This document shows positions 1-10,842 of a DNA stretch of 53,630 bases, in pieces. The notes under the pieces were generated by a model, which searched no databases, was not told the DNA's origin, and worked only from the letters and a program-made list of their open reading frames with translations. Location: positions 1 through 53,630 of the forward strand of contig JAPEUG010000079.1 of the NCBI GenBank assembly GCA_026025795.1. Direction: 5' to 3'. The position numbers and the translations under genes were made by a program. This stretch comes from Thelocarpon superellum (Eukaryota). Each line of letters opens with the position of its first letter. The first letter of the stretch is position 1.

Positions 1-899
1 TGGTGAAGTGAGGTGTGACGACCCCACTAGTCTAGTCGTCGTCGCCAGCCGATCCGCCCTCCACTCCATGCCGACCTATGCAACGGTGGGGAGGGCCAGG
101 ACACGACTGCAAATAACAACGATCTCTTTACGATAGCTCGGCGGCAAAGTGGTGACTTTTGATGGTAGTCCGTCGCTCCTATAGCTTCCCATATCGTAGA
201 CAAGAAGAGGTGTGCCACAACCCATCGGGTCATCAGCGCTTGGAGAAAATTCCCCATAATTCCAATCTCCACCGGCGCGACGACCGGCCTTCGTTCCTCG
301 TTCTTCGTGCGATCCACCCCAACAGTTTTACCATATAGAGAGACGTTTGGCGTTCATGGATCCGGCCGGCAGTCGCCGTCCACCAGGCGCTTCGCTACGT
401 GATGAGGGTCGGGAAGATCGGCGAAGCGTCTGCACCATGAGTATCTCGCGTGCGTATCTCTGGGAGCCGGCGTCTAGAGAAAGGAGAGCGGCGCAAGCAC
501 CGGCGACACTTCCCTCCGGAGCATTCTCGTGGGACTCCTCCTTTCCTCGATAATGAGAAAATGGGGGGGTCATTGTCATACAGGCCGGCGGATCAAATTG
601 TCATTAATTCCAGTCGAGCTACACGGCGACAAGAATGGTCCAATCTGTTCATTCCCGATTTCAGATCTGGGTACAGGAATTCAACCCAGCTGGGATCGAC
701 ATCAGTGGGCCAGTGCGAACAAGTAGCAATACCGACTATATGGCGTAGTCGCGGATCACTCACGTGTACCAGCGTGGCATGTGCAAATTGTCGAGCAGTA
801 CAACCTGCTCCTGTATACCCCCGACAGTATCGCTTTCGATCGCGAGGACTTTCTCAAGTGCCGTCACAGCACTATCAATTGACAAGCAACGGTGTAGAG

Positions 900-1183
900 A
901 TGTCCACCTCGAATCTCGAAGTCATCTTCTTTCGACCTCACTATGGGAATTTTCAGCACTGGGCAGCGTCTTCCTTTCGACAGTCAATGACCGACATATT
1001 TCAGGGCTAGAACGAGTGGTTCAGGGGACTCGCGTGTACAAGGAGACCGTGAAATGGGACTGCCACGATTACGGCCTCGAGATTCTCGAGAATCTGGAGG
1101 CGGAATGCATCGTCGAAGGTGAAGAGGAGGAATACCAACAAGCAAAGGCCAGAGTCGTCGAGAAGCGGAGCGAAATTCCATGA
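900..1183 (+). pseudogene. Internally deleted/frameshifted relic of a small fungal HWA...WDC-motif hypothetical gene
   Basis: ATG at 900 reads MSTSNLEVIFFRPHYGNFQHWA. The protein-like continuation SVFLSTVNDRHISGLERVVQ...VKWDCHDYGLEILENLEAEC...* (stop 1181-1183) is in a different frame, with no GT-AG intron at the junction (~964). Confidence 0.5.
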
Positions 1184-1369
1184 TAAACGCTATGATACCC
1201 TCGAACAGACCAGAGGGAAATCTCCCTTAATCTAGCATATGTACGGCAATTCAATGCAACGTCAAAAGATATTCTGGAAAGAGCATCCTGCGGAATTGAC
1301 CCGCATATCAGCAAAGTGGCATGATTGAATTTTGATGGGAATATCTATTGCTTTGCGCCTACCCCTCCC

Positions 1370-1488
1370 ACATACGACCATAGACTGTGGAGAACTGGGC
1401 ATCCCGTCCGCTCTGCCATACATAAGCCACAGATCGGCGGACTAGTAGTTGGGTCGGTGACGACCAGCGAATCCCCGCTGTTGTATGT
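1370..1488 (+). rRNA. 5S rRNA: 5S ribosomal RNA (dispersed copy)
   Basis: 119 nt ACATACGACCATAG...TCCCGTCCGCTCTGCC...TAAGCC...CTAGTAGTTGGGTCGGTGACGACCAGCGAATCC...TGTTGTATGT. The 5' and 3' ends pair (helix I). An AT-rich element lies at about -29. Confidence 0.97.
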
Positions 1489-1500
1489 TTTGATATTTTT
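1488..1500 (+). terminator. RNA polymerase III oligo-T terminator of the 5S gene
   Basis: TTTT at 1488-1491 and TTTTT at 1496-1500, directly after the 5S sequence. Confidence 0.8.
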
Positions 1501-1752
1501 GGCCCTTAAACGGCTTTCTCGACCGACGTCAGGTTGTCCGGCAGCCCTACGAGTGTGGCCGAGGTTTCCCTCAGACCAGCAACGTACAGAAGGGTCCCCA
1601 AGCTCGGAACACTCTTAACCATTTCGCGAACCAGATTGCTCATATTTCGTCTTAACAAGGAATTATCTTTAAAGATTCAATTCATGCCGTCCATCTTCAA
1701 AGAGCACGTAACGCGGCGGATATGACGAATTGACCCGGAATTTCCTCTGACC

Positions 1753-2811
1753 ATGGCCCCCGAGACGTCCCTGACCACCAATGGTCCATCTCTATCCTTT
1801 CCGCGCGCCACCTTTGCCAAGCTCTCCCCTCGACCCTTCCTCCTCGCCCACCTCCAGCCGTCGTCCGCTCAGACCCCCCCCTCGCGACCCAATGGCCGAC
1901 AGCCCGACACCTTTCGGCCGCCCACCGTACACACCGGCTCGCTCACGCACGCACACGGCAGCGCCGTCGTACGGCTCGGAGACACCGCCGTCGTGTGCGG
2001 CGTGCAAGGCGAGATCCTCCTAGCGCGCGACGCACTGCAGCACCGGGCGATAGCAGCGCCCTCAGCCGCCGACGTACAAGAGCTCGGGCTCCTCGTGCCT
2101 AACATCGAGCTCGCCACGGGCTGCTCACCTGCGCATCTCCCGGGCCAGCCGCCGTCGGTGCTCGCGCAGAGCCTGACGGCACGGCTGCTGGCGCTGCTAC
2201 ATTCCTCCAAGGTCGTGCAAGGCGAGGACCTGCGGATCTGGTACCAGCCACCGCGGCTTTCGGGAGCGGACGAGGACGAGAACGAAGCATCCGCCTCGCG
2301 GACTGTCAAGGCCTTCTGGACATTGTACATCGACATTCTGTTCATTTCACTGGACGGGAATGCGTTTGACGCCGCCTGGGCTGCCGCGATGGCCGCTCTG
2401 ACGGACACGAAGCTTCCCCGTGCCTTCTGGGATTTGGATCGAGATATGGTTCTCTGCGACGGGACGGCGTCGAAGGCTACGTCGTTGCATCTGGAGTGCT
2501 GGCCGTTTGCGTCCACCTTCTCCGTCTTCACGGACGCCGCGCCGTCCACGGGGGGCGAGAAGACGTCGACTTCGTGGATCCTGGCTGACCCTGACGCGTT
2601 TGAGGAGGGCCTGTGCCACGAATGCGTCACGGTCGTCGTCGACCTTCCGGGACGAGGAGGCGAGGACAGCAAGCCGAGGCTGTTAAAGCTGGAGAAGAAG
2701 GGTGGCGTCAGCATCAACAAGGACGGCATGCGACGCATCACCTCTCTGGCCGCCGCGCGATGCCGGCAATGGCGCCAGGCGATCGAGTCTAGATCTACAA
2801 ATGCTTCATGA
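1753..2811 (+). CDS. RRP43: Exosome complex component Rrp43 (RNase PH fold)
   Basis: Intronless 352 aa ORF with RPNGR...FR...GSLTHAHGSAVVRLGDTAVVCGV, LVPNIEL, WTLYIDILFISLDGNAFDAAW and LADPDAFEEGLC. Confidence 0.9.
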   Translation: MAPETSLTTNGPSLSFPRATFAKLSPRPFLLAHLQPSSAQTPPSRPNGRQPDTFRPPTVHTGSLTHAHGSAVVRLGDTAVVCGVQGEILLARDALQHRAIAAPSAADVQELGLLVPNIELATGCSPAHLPGQPPSVLAQSLTARLLALLHSSKVVQGEDLRIWYQPPRLSGADEDENEASASRTVKAFWTLYIDILFISLDGNAFDAAWAAAMAALTDTKLPRAFWDLDRDMVLCDGTASKATSLHLECWPFASTFSVFTDAAPSTGGEKTSTSWILADPDAFEEGLCHECVTVVVDLPGRGGEDSKPRLLKLEKKGGVSINKDGMRRITSLAAARCRQWRQAIESRSTNAS

Positions 2812-2963
2812 GGTCGGCTGGATCTTCTTCTTTCCAGTAGATGTACATATTTGATTCTGGCGAGGCCTACGGGAGGCTCCAATCGCCGATTCATGCTCGT
2901 TCGCTCGCTCCTTACCAGGCGCTGCAGACCCCGTTCATCCCGGCCTTTACGGCTCCATTCAGA

Positions 2964-4753
2964 TCATGTGGACTTCGTATTCTCAGGGTTTTCCTCGACC
3001 CGAACGCTGTCGCTGACTTCACACGCGGGAGCGGTCGCGCGTGCAGTGATGGTGCAGCAGAAGATCTCCCGCCCGTGGGAGCGGACGGCTGCATTGGACG
3101 GTCGGGCTTCATCTCGTGCCGGTGCTGGCGTCGAGCCGCGAGAGACCGCTGATCGATCTTCGGCCTTCATAGCGGCGGATGCGGCGAGCTTTGCGGGCTC
3201 TTTGGCAAAGATCGAGATTGGAGCGAGACCAGCGTGTTCGCCTTCGTCCTCGCTCCGTTCCGAATACGCCCACATCAGCCCGAGCTCCCCACGAAGTAGA
3301 GCCGTGCTCCACAAGGCGCCCAGCACGCCAGGAACGAGATACAAAAGTGCAGGCTGAGCATGCTCCGTAACTTGCATCACGCCCAGCGTCACTACCATGC
3401 CGCTGATGTATCCGACGATGCCGGCGTGAAAATATGGCTTGGGGAAGGAGCTGGAGCTGGAGCTGGAGCTGGACATCGCGGCGGACGGTGTCCAGAATCG
3501 CTCCCCCCATCCCCCGGAAGTCGAGAGATATTTGGCTTTGATCACCTCTGGATGGCCTTTTGGGTCGGAGGGCTCGGTTGAGGCTGCGGCTGGCCTAGTC
3601 GCTCGAGTCTGCTTTCGCAAATAGTACAGATATAGATCGAAGCGCAGAGCTAGGCCGATCATCATGCCGGGTAGGACGATGTCGCCAAGACCAAGCATGG
3701 CCAGCGCTTGGACGTCGATGTCGTCGTCGGGCCCTGACGGCCGAGGGATGAGGAGTTTGATCGGCACATCGAGTGACTTTGCCACCAACACCATCATTGG
3801 TCTGGCAGGGTTAACTTGGAGCAGTGTACGTCGCGGAGGTCCTGCACTCACGTGAAGAACACAAAGTAGATGTCGTACAGAAAGAGGCCGGTCAAGATCA
3901 TCGTCCCCGTCCAAAAGGTCGCTGGACTCATCAGCTGTAGCGTAGTGTAGCAGAAGCCAAAGCCCAATGCATTCGTCAACCACCAGGGCTTGTCGAGGCA
4001 ATTGTATGCCACCACGGTGCCTGCGCCGAGCACGAGACCGACGACGTCGTTCAGGCCGAACCGGCTCTTCACCAAGGTCTCCCCTCCTGCTCGGATGTGC
4101 AGGGTCCACCGCTCTAGCATCATGTCACAACATCTCCACAGGAACCGGCGCACGCTAGAAGACAATGCGATGGAAGACAGTACCCCAGGCAAGGGGGAGA
4201 GTTTCACGGCGGGAGCTTCGCTGGAGGCACCCTCACGCTCCGCCGCGAACATCATCTGATCGGAGTTTCTCCGCCACATTGTCTGTCCATCGCTCCAGGC
4301 ACGGGGGAAGACAAAGGAGCTCATCAGCGTGAGGGTGTTCCCGAACAATTGGCCGACGGAGAAGACCCCGAACAGGGAAAAGTACCAGGTCAAGAGCAGG
4401 TTCAGGATGGATGGATCTTCCAGCCACTTGATGAGCAGGTACAAGCTCCCCAGGGTCAAGCCGGCCAGAAGAGGGACCCAGATGGCGTCTTCGGGACGAA
4501 AGCCTTCCATCCGGCTCGCATCATCATCGTCCGTGCCATAGGCATCATCGTCCTGTCCTCGGTGGCTGTCGAAGCTGGACCTCACCGGCGCTGCGGCCGA
4601 CGAAGGTCTCGAGAGAGAAGCATGTGCGCCAATGTAGATCGGAAACAGCGATGACGCAATTACGTGAAGATATGTGGGAAGCAGTGGTTGAAGTAATGAG
4701 AGCTCGGCGGCAATCTTCTTGAGAAGCTCGGTAGACGCTCCCGGGACCGCCAT
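2964..4753 (-). CDS. Signal peptide peptidase (A22B intramembrane aspartyl protease)
   Basis: Two exons, intron 3802-3851 (GTGAGT...CAG, joining FFT|PMM). Catalytic LFLYD and LGLGD motifs, QPALLYLVP, multiple TM segments. Confidence 0.93.
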
Positions 4754-5057
4754 AGCATGGACTGCCTTGGCAAGTTTGAGTTACTGAGAGGTCCAAGATG
4801 ATTGGGGGTAGACGAAGCTTACTAGTTGGTGATCTGTTCAGCTTCTCATCGCCGCAGATATGGACGGACGAAAAAGTGGCATCTTGTCGTGTTTCTTTAC
4901 TTTCTGTAAAGGTTTGAGCAAACGGGTGACGCAGTGAGCGTACCTCGGCGCCAGCCCAACATCCCACGAGCTTTTTCGCCTATCAAGCTGTGCAGAACAA
5001 GGTAGCCATCAACGCCTGCAGTCACAACCACCTCCGGATTCTAGTTCTCCGGCCGCC

Positions 5058-5655
5058 ATGGCCACCAACGTGGTCTTAGACACCACGATGGTACGTTCCA
5101 GTAATGTGATGATCTGGTGAATGGCTTCCTTGCTTACGCTCACGGAACAGGGTTCCATCACAGTTGAGCTATACGACGACCACGCACCCAAGGTAGGACA
5201 TCTCATTCTTAGTGTGGATCATACTGATCCTGCTTCAGACGTGCAAAAACTTTGCAACCCTGGCTCAACGGGGCTATTACAACAATTGTCTCTTCCACCG
5301 AATCATTCCCAACTTCATGATCCAGACTGGCGACCCCACGGGCACAGGTCGTGGTGGGACGTCGATTTATGGAGAAAAGTTTGAGGACGAGATCAGTCCG
5401 TCGCTGAAGCACACTGGCGCCGGCATCCTGAGCATGGCCAACAGCGGTCCCAACACCAATGGGAGCCAGTTTTTCATCACCCTGGCACCTACTCCCTATC
5501 TCGATGGCAAACACACCATCTTTGGACGGGTCAAATCTGGCCTACGGACCGTGCAGCGCATGGGGCTTGTCAAGACTGGCCAAGCCGATCGACCAATGGA
5601 GGATGTGAGGATCACGGGAGCTAAGATAGTTACTGAGGAGAATGAAAGCATTTGA
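5058..5655 (+). CDS. CYP1: Peptidyl-prolyl cis-trans isomerase-like 1 (PPIL1-type spliceosomal cyclophilin)
   Basis: Exons 5058-5090, 5151-5192 and 5239-5655 give [30 protein letters not shown]...[22 protein letters not shown]...[18 protein letters not shown]. Confidence 0.95.
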
Positions 5656-6253
5656 TATCCCCGCATGCAAGACTTGGCCAGATGGTGCTCTCAGACATGC
5701 GGTGGGGTTTGGTCTCCCGGGGTAAGGACAGCTGCATCGATTCTATAAGAAGAAAAGATGTCATGCTCGGCGATGGTCGGGAATGTCAGCCCTTCAGCTC
5801 CACTTACCACACACCCGAGAGCTCAGAGGGAGCCTGAAAGGCCTGAAAGGGATGTGCTCGCAGTGTCCTTGAAGAGAAATCAAGATCGGCTGGCAGGCGT
5901 GCGGAAGGAGGCACAAATAATTCGGGTGTTTGGCGCCTTCTACGAGATCGTGTATCGTCCAAAACGAACCGCTTCCTTCAAGTCGTGGTCCAGAGCAGCA
6001 GATACAGGACGGACCCATTGAGGCCAATCTTCCGCCTTCGAGATGGATGTAGTCAACGAAGACACATCCTCATCGCAATGTCTCATGGAAGTAGTCACTG
6101 CAGTATGCGACGGCGGTGGGTGGAGGAGGTTGTGGGTTGCAGGCAATTTGATGAAGTCGAGTGTGATTACGTAATCGACCGGTGCCTCGATAAACTTGGT
6201 GGATCAAGTCCACTCGAGCTGTGTAAAGCTCGAATCTCAAGAAGCCATGAATC

Positions 6254-8180
6254 ATGGAACCTCTCAGCGAGACGCCGTGGGACGTCGTCATCTCCGGAAC
6301 GGGGCTGGAGCAGTCTTTGCTTGCACTGTACGTGATCCAACGTAAAGAAGATCGAGAATCACGGCCGTTCTGACTGACATAGCGGTTGAGGAAGAGCATT
6401 GTCTCGCTCCGACAAGAAAGTGCTCCATGTCGATGGCAATGAGCATTATGGTGGTGCCGAGGCTGCACTCAGCCTACAAGATGCAGATGCATGGGTGACA
6501 AAGATTGGCCAAGGTATGTTTCCGTCTTTGTTACGACCATGCATGCTAATGGATAGCAGGGCTTTCCCAGTCTGTTTTCCGAGATGCCTCCGTCACAACT
6601 CCTGAAGTGAGCTTGGACGCTTCTAAGACGAGGCCGAAGTTGTCATTCTCTCGTGCATACAGCCTGACTTTGTCACCACAACTCATCTATGCCCGATCGC
6701 CTCTTCTCTCCATTCTGGTGTCCTCGAAAGTGTACCAGCAGCTCGAATTCCAGGCCATCGGTAGCTGGTGGGTATATCAGGTAGGAACGAGTGAGGCAGC
6801 GGACTTTTCGCCTCGGGGAATGTTGAAGAAAGTCCCCAATGGCCGCGAGGATGTCTTCACGGATAAGTCGATCGATCTCAAGTCGAAACGAGCGTTGATG
6901 AGATTTTTGAAGTTTGTGGGCAACTACGAAAATCAGGGCGAAATATGGGAAGCATGGGCGGACAAACCGTTCGTGGAGTTCCTACTCGCCCAGTTTGGGC
7001 TACCAGTTGCTCTGCATCCGCCGCTCCTGGCCATCTCTATGACCTGCGACCGGCCCGAAAATGCTTCAACGGCCACGGTCTTGCCCAGCATCGCTCGACA
7101 CCTGCGGTCCATTGGCGTCTTTGGACCCGGCTTCGGAGCGGTGGTGCCAAAATGGGGCGGGGGTTCCGAGATTGCTCAGGTGGGATGTCGAGCTGCGGCT
7201 GTTGGCGGAGCCATCTACATGCTGGGACGGAGTATCGATGCGCTTTCGCCGACGGAGGTTGACGGTAACGGTCACACGAGATGGCGCGTGTCGCTAGGCG
7301 ATGAAGAAATAGTGACGACACAGTGGATTGTGGGATCACCGGTTGATGTGCCGGAGTCATTTCCCGCGCACGCATCGAGAGAGACAAGCAACGACCGCAC
7401 CTTTTTCAAATCCATCACCGTGGTCTCTGGCACATTAGCAAGTCTCTTGCCGAGCACGGCGGAGGGTGCGCCACCATCCGCAGGTGCCGTGATCGTCTTT
7501 CCCAGCGACAGTGTTGGAAAAGCATTCTCACACGCGCCGGTGCATGTGATTCTACACACCAGCGATACGGGCGAGTGTCCGGCAGGGCAAAGTAAGTTAC
7601 GTCCAATGTTCCGTCCTGCGTTGTCCACTTTGCAAAAGATGATCAAGTTATGAATACTTATCTACATTGTCTGCAACAACCTTGAGGACATACAACCTCT
7701 GACAACCTGATGCACATCCTCTCGCTTCCCTATCATACAACATCTGGGTCATGGAGCACCGCTAATCGATGAAACGATCAAGGTGTGATGTACGCGAGCG
7801 TCCTGGCAGAAGATGGAACAGAGCCGGATATCCTGGGCACGGCCATCTCTACCCTTCTGGGCAGCGTCCCGGATGAAAGCGAGCACGAGATCCTGTACAG
7901 CGTACGCTACAAGCAGCTCAGCCCGGCACAAGCTGCACTGCCATCTTCCCCTCCGTCCTCCTCAACACAAGCACAGTACCACCTTACTTCGCTTCCGAGC
8001 GCCGAACCGGTCTTTGACGACGGGATGATCGAGCGGGTCAAGGCACTCTGGGGGAAGATCGTGTCAGAGAGGGGAGATGGAGAAGGGGTGGATGACGCGA
8101 CATTTATGACATTTGAGGATCGGCAGGCGATAGGTGGTGGCGGTGATGACGACGATGATAATGATGGAATGGAGGGGTGA
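6254..8180 (+). CDS. MRS6: Rab proteins geranylgeranyltransferase component A (Rab escort protein, GDI family)
   Basis: MEPLSETPWDVVISGTGLEQSLLAL|ALSRSDKKVLHVDGNEHYGG; VPNGREDVF; PKWGGGSEIAQVGCRAAAVGGAIYML. Introns at about 6328-6394, 6514-6559 and 7592-7782. Confidence 0.9.
7631..7714 (+). ncRNA. Intronic box C/D snoRNA, snR62/SNORD34(U34)-like, with a second guide against 18S rRNA
   Basis: TGCA terminal stem (7631-34/7711-14); box C AAGATGA 7636-42; guide CTTATCTACATTGT 7657-70 (antisense to LSU ACAAUGUAGAUAAG); D' CTGC; C' TTGAGGA 7682-88; guide ACCTCTGACAA 7695-7705 (antisense to SSU UUGUCAGAGGU); box D CTGA 7707-10. It sits in a 191-nt intron. Confidence 0.88.
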
Positions 8181-8315
8181 CGAGGAAACTGTTCGCATTC
8201 ATACTGCGCTGTCCACGAAGAAGGGAACATGAAGCGGGAGATGAATATCGATTTGATGAATTGGTCGAGGCCCTCTTCCGATCACAAATACCACGCTCCT
8301 CATACCGCCGTGAAC

Positions 8316-9915
8316 TCATTTGCTCGTCTGCAACTCATAAGATTAGCAATGCCCTCGACGGGAGAGAAAAGCGAATTAAATTGAAAAGAGAAGAAGGAAG
8401 GGAAGGGGGGCAAGGAAGAAACTAACATCGAGCACAAGCCGTCCGGCAATCTTCCCCGCCCGCATCTGGTCATAAACAGTACTCAACTGGCTCAGTCCGA
8501 CGATTTTGATCGGGCAGTCGATGAGGCCGCGCTCCCAGAACGACAGGGCCTCGGCCGTGTCGTGGCGAGAACCGACGTAGCTCCCCTTGATGGAGATCAT
8601 GCGCGTCACGACGGAGAAAATGGGCGCCGAGATCTTTGCGGACGCTGGCATGCCGATTGCTACCACTGTACCGCGTGGGCGTACATACTGTCGTATCTCT
8701 CGTCAGCAGGATGTCATCATGTGTATGCGCATAAAGGGTGGAAAAGTTGTAGATGTACGTCGAGATGGCATCCTTGTCTCTGTGCATGGGGGTAGGGTAG
8801 GAATTCTGACAACGGAACAGAACGGTGAGGAGCTATCACAGCATACCTCGATGGCCTGCTCAAACGACTTCTCGGCGACTGCGACGACGAGGACGGCGTG
8901 CGGACCAAGCCCGTCGTCCGTCGCGGCCTGTACGTCCTTGACCAGGTCGTGTGAGGTGGCAAAGTCCACGAAGGCGCGCGTGCCGTATTTCTCACACATT
9001 TCTCTCTTCTCCTCCCCCTCGTCGATGGCAATGGTCTGGAGGCCCATTGCTTTGGCGTATTGTAGTGCCAGTACGCCCAGGCCCCCGCCTGCCCCCGTCA
9101 CCGCTACGACTTGGCCTGGTCGCGCCCCGGACTCTTTCAGCCCCTTGTATACCGTCACGCCCGCGCAGAGGATCGGGGCCACTTTGTCCATGGCTACGTC
9201 CTTGGGGAGGTGCGCGACGTGCGTGGCTCTGGCGACGGCGTATTCTGATCTCGTCAGCAATGACAACGCGGGACGTAAGGACGGGGGCAGAGGGAGAAGG
9301 GGAGGTACGCTGGAAGGTGCCGTCGACGGTGTATCCTGATAACGACGCCTTGGCACACAGCGGTTCGTCGGATTGCTGGCAGAAGTCACACGCTAGACAG
9401 GTCCCATTGATCCACTGGAAAGACATCATCTGGATCAGAGATGGCTTGGAGCTGATGGAGGAAATGCCCACTTTGATCCCGACGTTGTCTCCAACCTCAA
9501 CCTCTTCGACTAGGGCTCCTCGGCTCACGACCACACCCGCTCCTTCATGGCCTATGCCGTTTCGTCAGTGACGTCTTTCATGGGAGGAGGATGCGTGTGC
9601 GATACCGCCGACGAGGGGAAGTTTCGTATCGAGAGGCCAATCTCCTTGAAGGGCGTGGAGATCACTAAGCCCGGTCAGAGGAGACAGACATGGGATGGCC
9701 GGTAAGAGCAGACGTGTGGCAGACGCCGCTGAACTTGACGTTCACCAGAACCTCGTCTGCTCCCGGGGTCGGGACAGGGATCTTTTTGTACTCCACCGCT
9801 ACTCTCCCGTCAGTGACACCATCACCTCCGCATGATACGGGTGGAAGGCTGTCGTACGACCGCCGCTCTTCTCAAACACCTGCGCCCATTGCATCTTGGG
9901 AATTGTGGGAGCCAT
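8316..9915 (-). CDS. ADH1: Zinc-dependent alcohol dehydrogenase (ADH1-type)
   Basis: Seven introns. Spliced product [13 protein letters not shown]...GVCHTDLH...GHEGAG...CLACDFC...C...[15 protein letters not shown]...GAGGGLG...SIKGSYVG...RLVLD|TSK*. The last exon is 8316-8327. Confidence 0.93.
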
Positions 9916-10842
9916 GGTTCTTGCGGTAGCGAGACGACGGATGGCGTGGACTGGTCTGGCTGGTTGAAGTTGAAGTCGAAGTCGAGGTGCTCTTGAGTGG
10001 AAAGATGCAGCGGCTCGACCTTCAAGCACAGTCCACGTTCTTCGCATTTCTACCACGTAGGACGTGCAGTGGTGGAAAGCGGGGTGGTCAGTGAAGAGGC
10101 TGAGTGCGATGACTATGACGAATCGGTAGATCACCACCGTACCTTACGAAGGTACGTCATTGCCGCTTGCGAAAGAATGGGAAAAGCCACATCATGTCAT
10201 TGGTCTCATCACGTCGTCGTCAACATAGCTCATTTCAAGCTGCACGGGTGAAGTGGCGTGACTGGAAGTCGTCCCGTTGTTTTGCCCATTGTCACACCAC
10301 CTTGCTATTCTCTCGAAGATGGCACCCACCAACGCGACAACGGTACACCTGAAGCCTCTGTGGCTCGAGGCCGCCGCTCATGCAGCCGAGTCGGTTTCAT
10401 GCTTGTCCCTGATGAAGGCTCAATGCTGCCTCAGGTCATCCTAGGACGAGCCTTCTCAGACGCCCGCCGGCCCGAGCACTCGGATTTCGGCTTAGTCATC
10501 CCCACGAGAAGCGAGCTCTCGACAGCGAGTAGCACAGCGGCTCCGATAAGTCCCGAGAGGCCCCCAATATCTTCCACAAGTGACCACGAACTTGGACTTG
10601 GAATTGACTTGGAACTCTCCTTTATGATAGAAACTCATCTTGGGCCAGGCAAGATCGATCTGTACAAGCTCCAGTCGAGATTTCGTGCATTCTCGCAGTG
10701 ATGGAAGACGCATCACGGGGGACTCTTTTTGCCCGCCGCGAGAGGCCGAAATGCCAGGACGACACAGTTCGAGCAATAGCAAGACAGTTGGACATATAAT
10801 AACTCGAGGACCCCAACCCGTGAAGATTCTTCGCATGCCCGG

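Noticed and set aside
1..880. Short ORFs at the left end as genes or transposon fragments
   Set aside because: No recognisable domain, terminal repeat or consistent splice structure.
8339..8356. U6 snRNA-like AAGATTAGCA
   Set aside because: Only ~10 nt, with no ACAGAGA box; it is the reverse complement of the ADH intron branch region.
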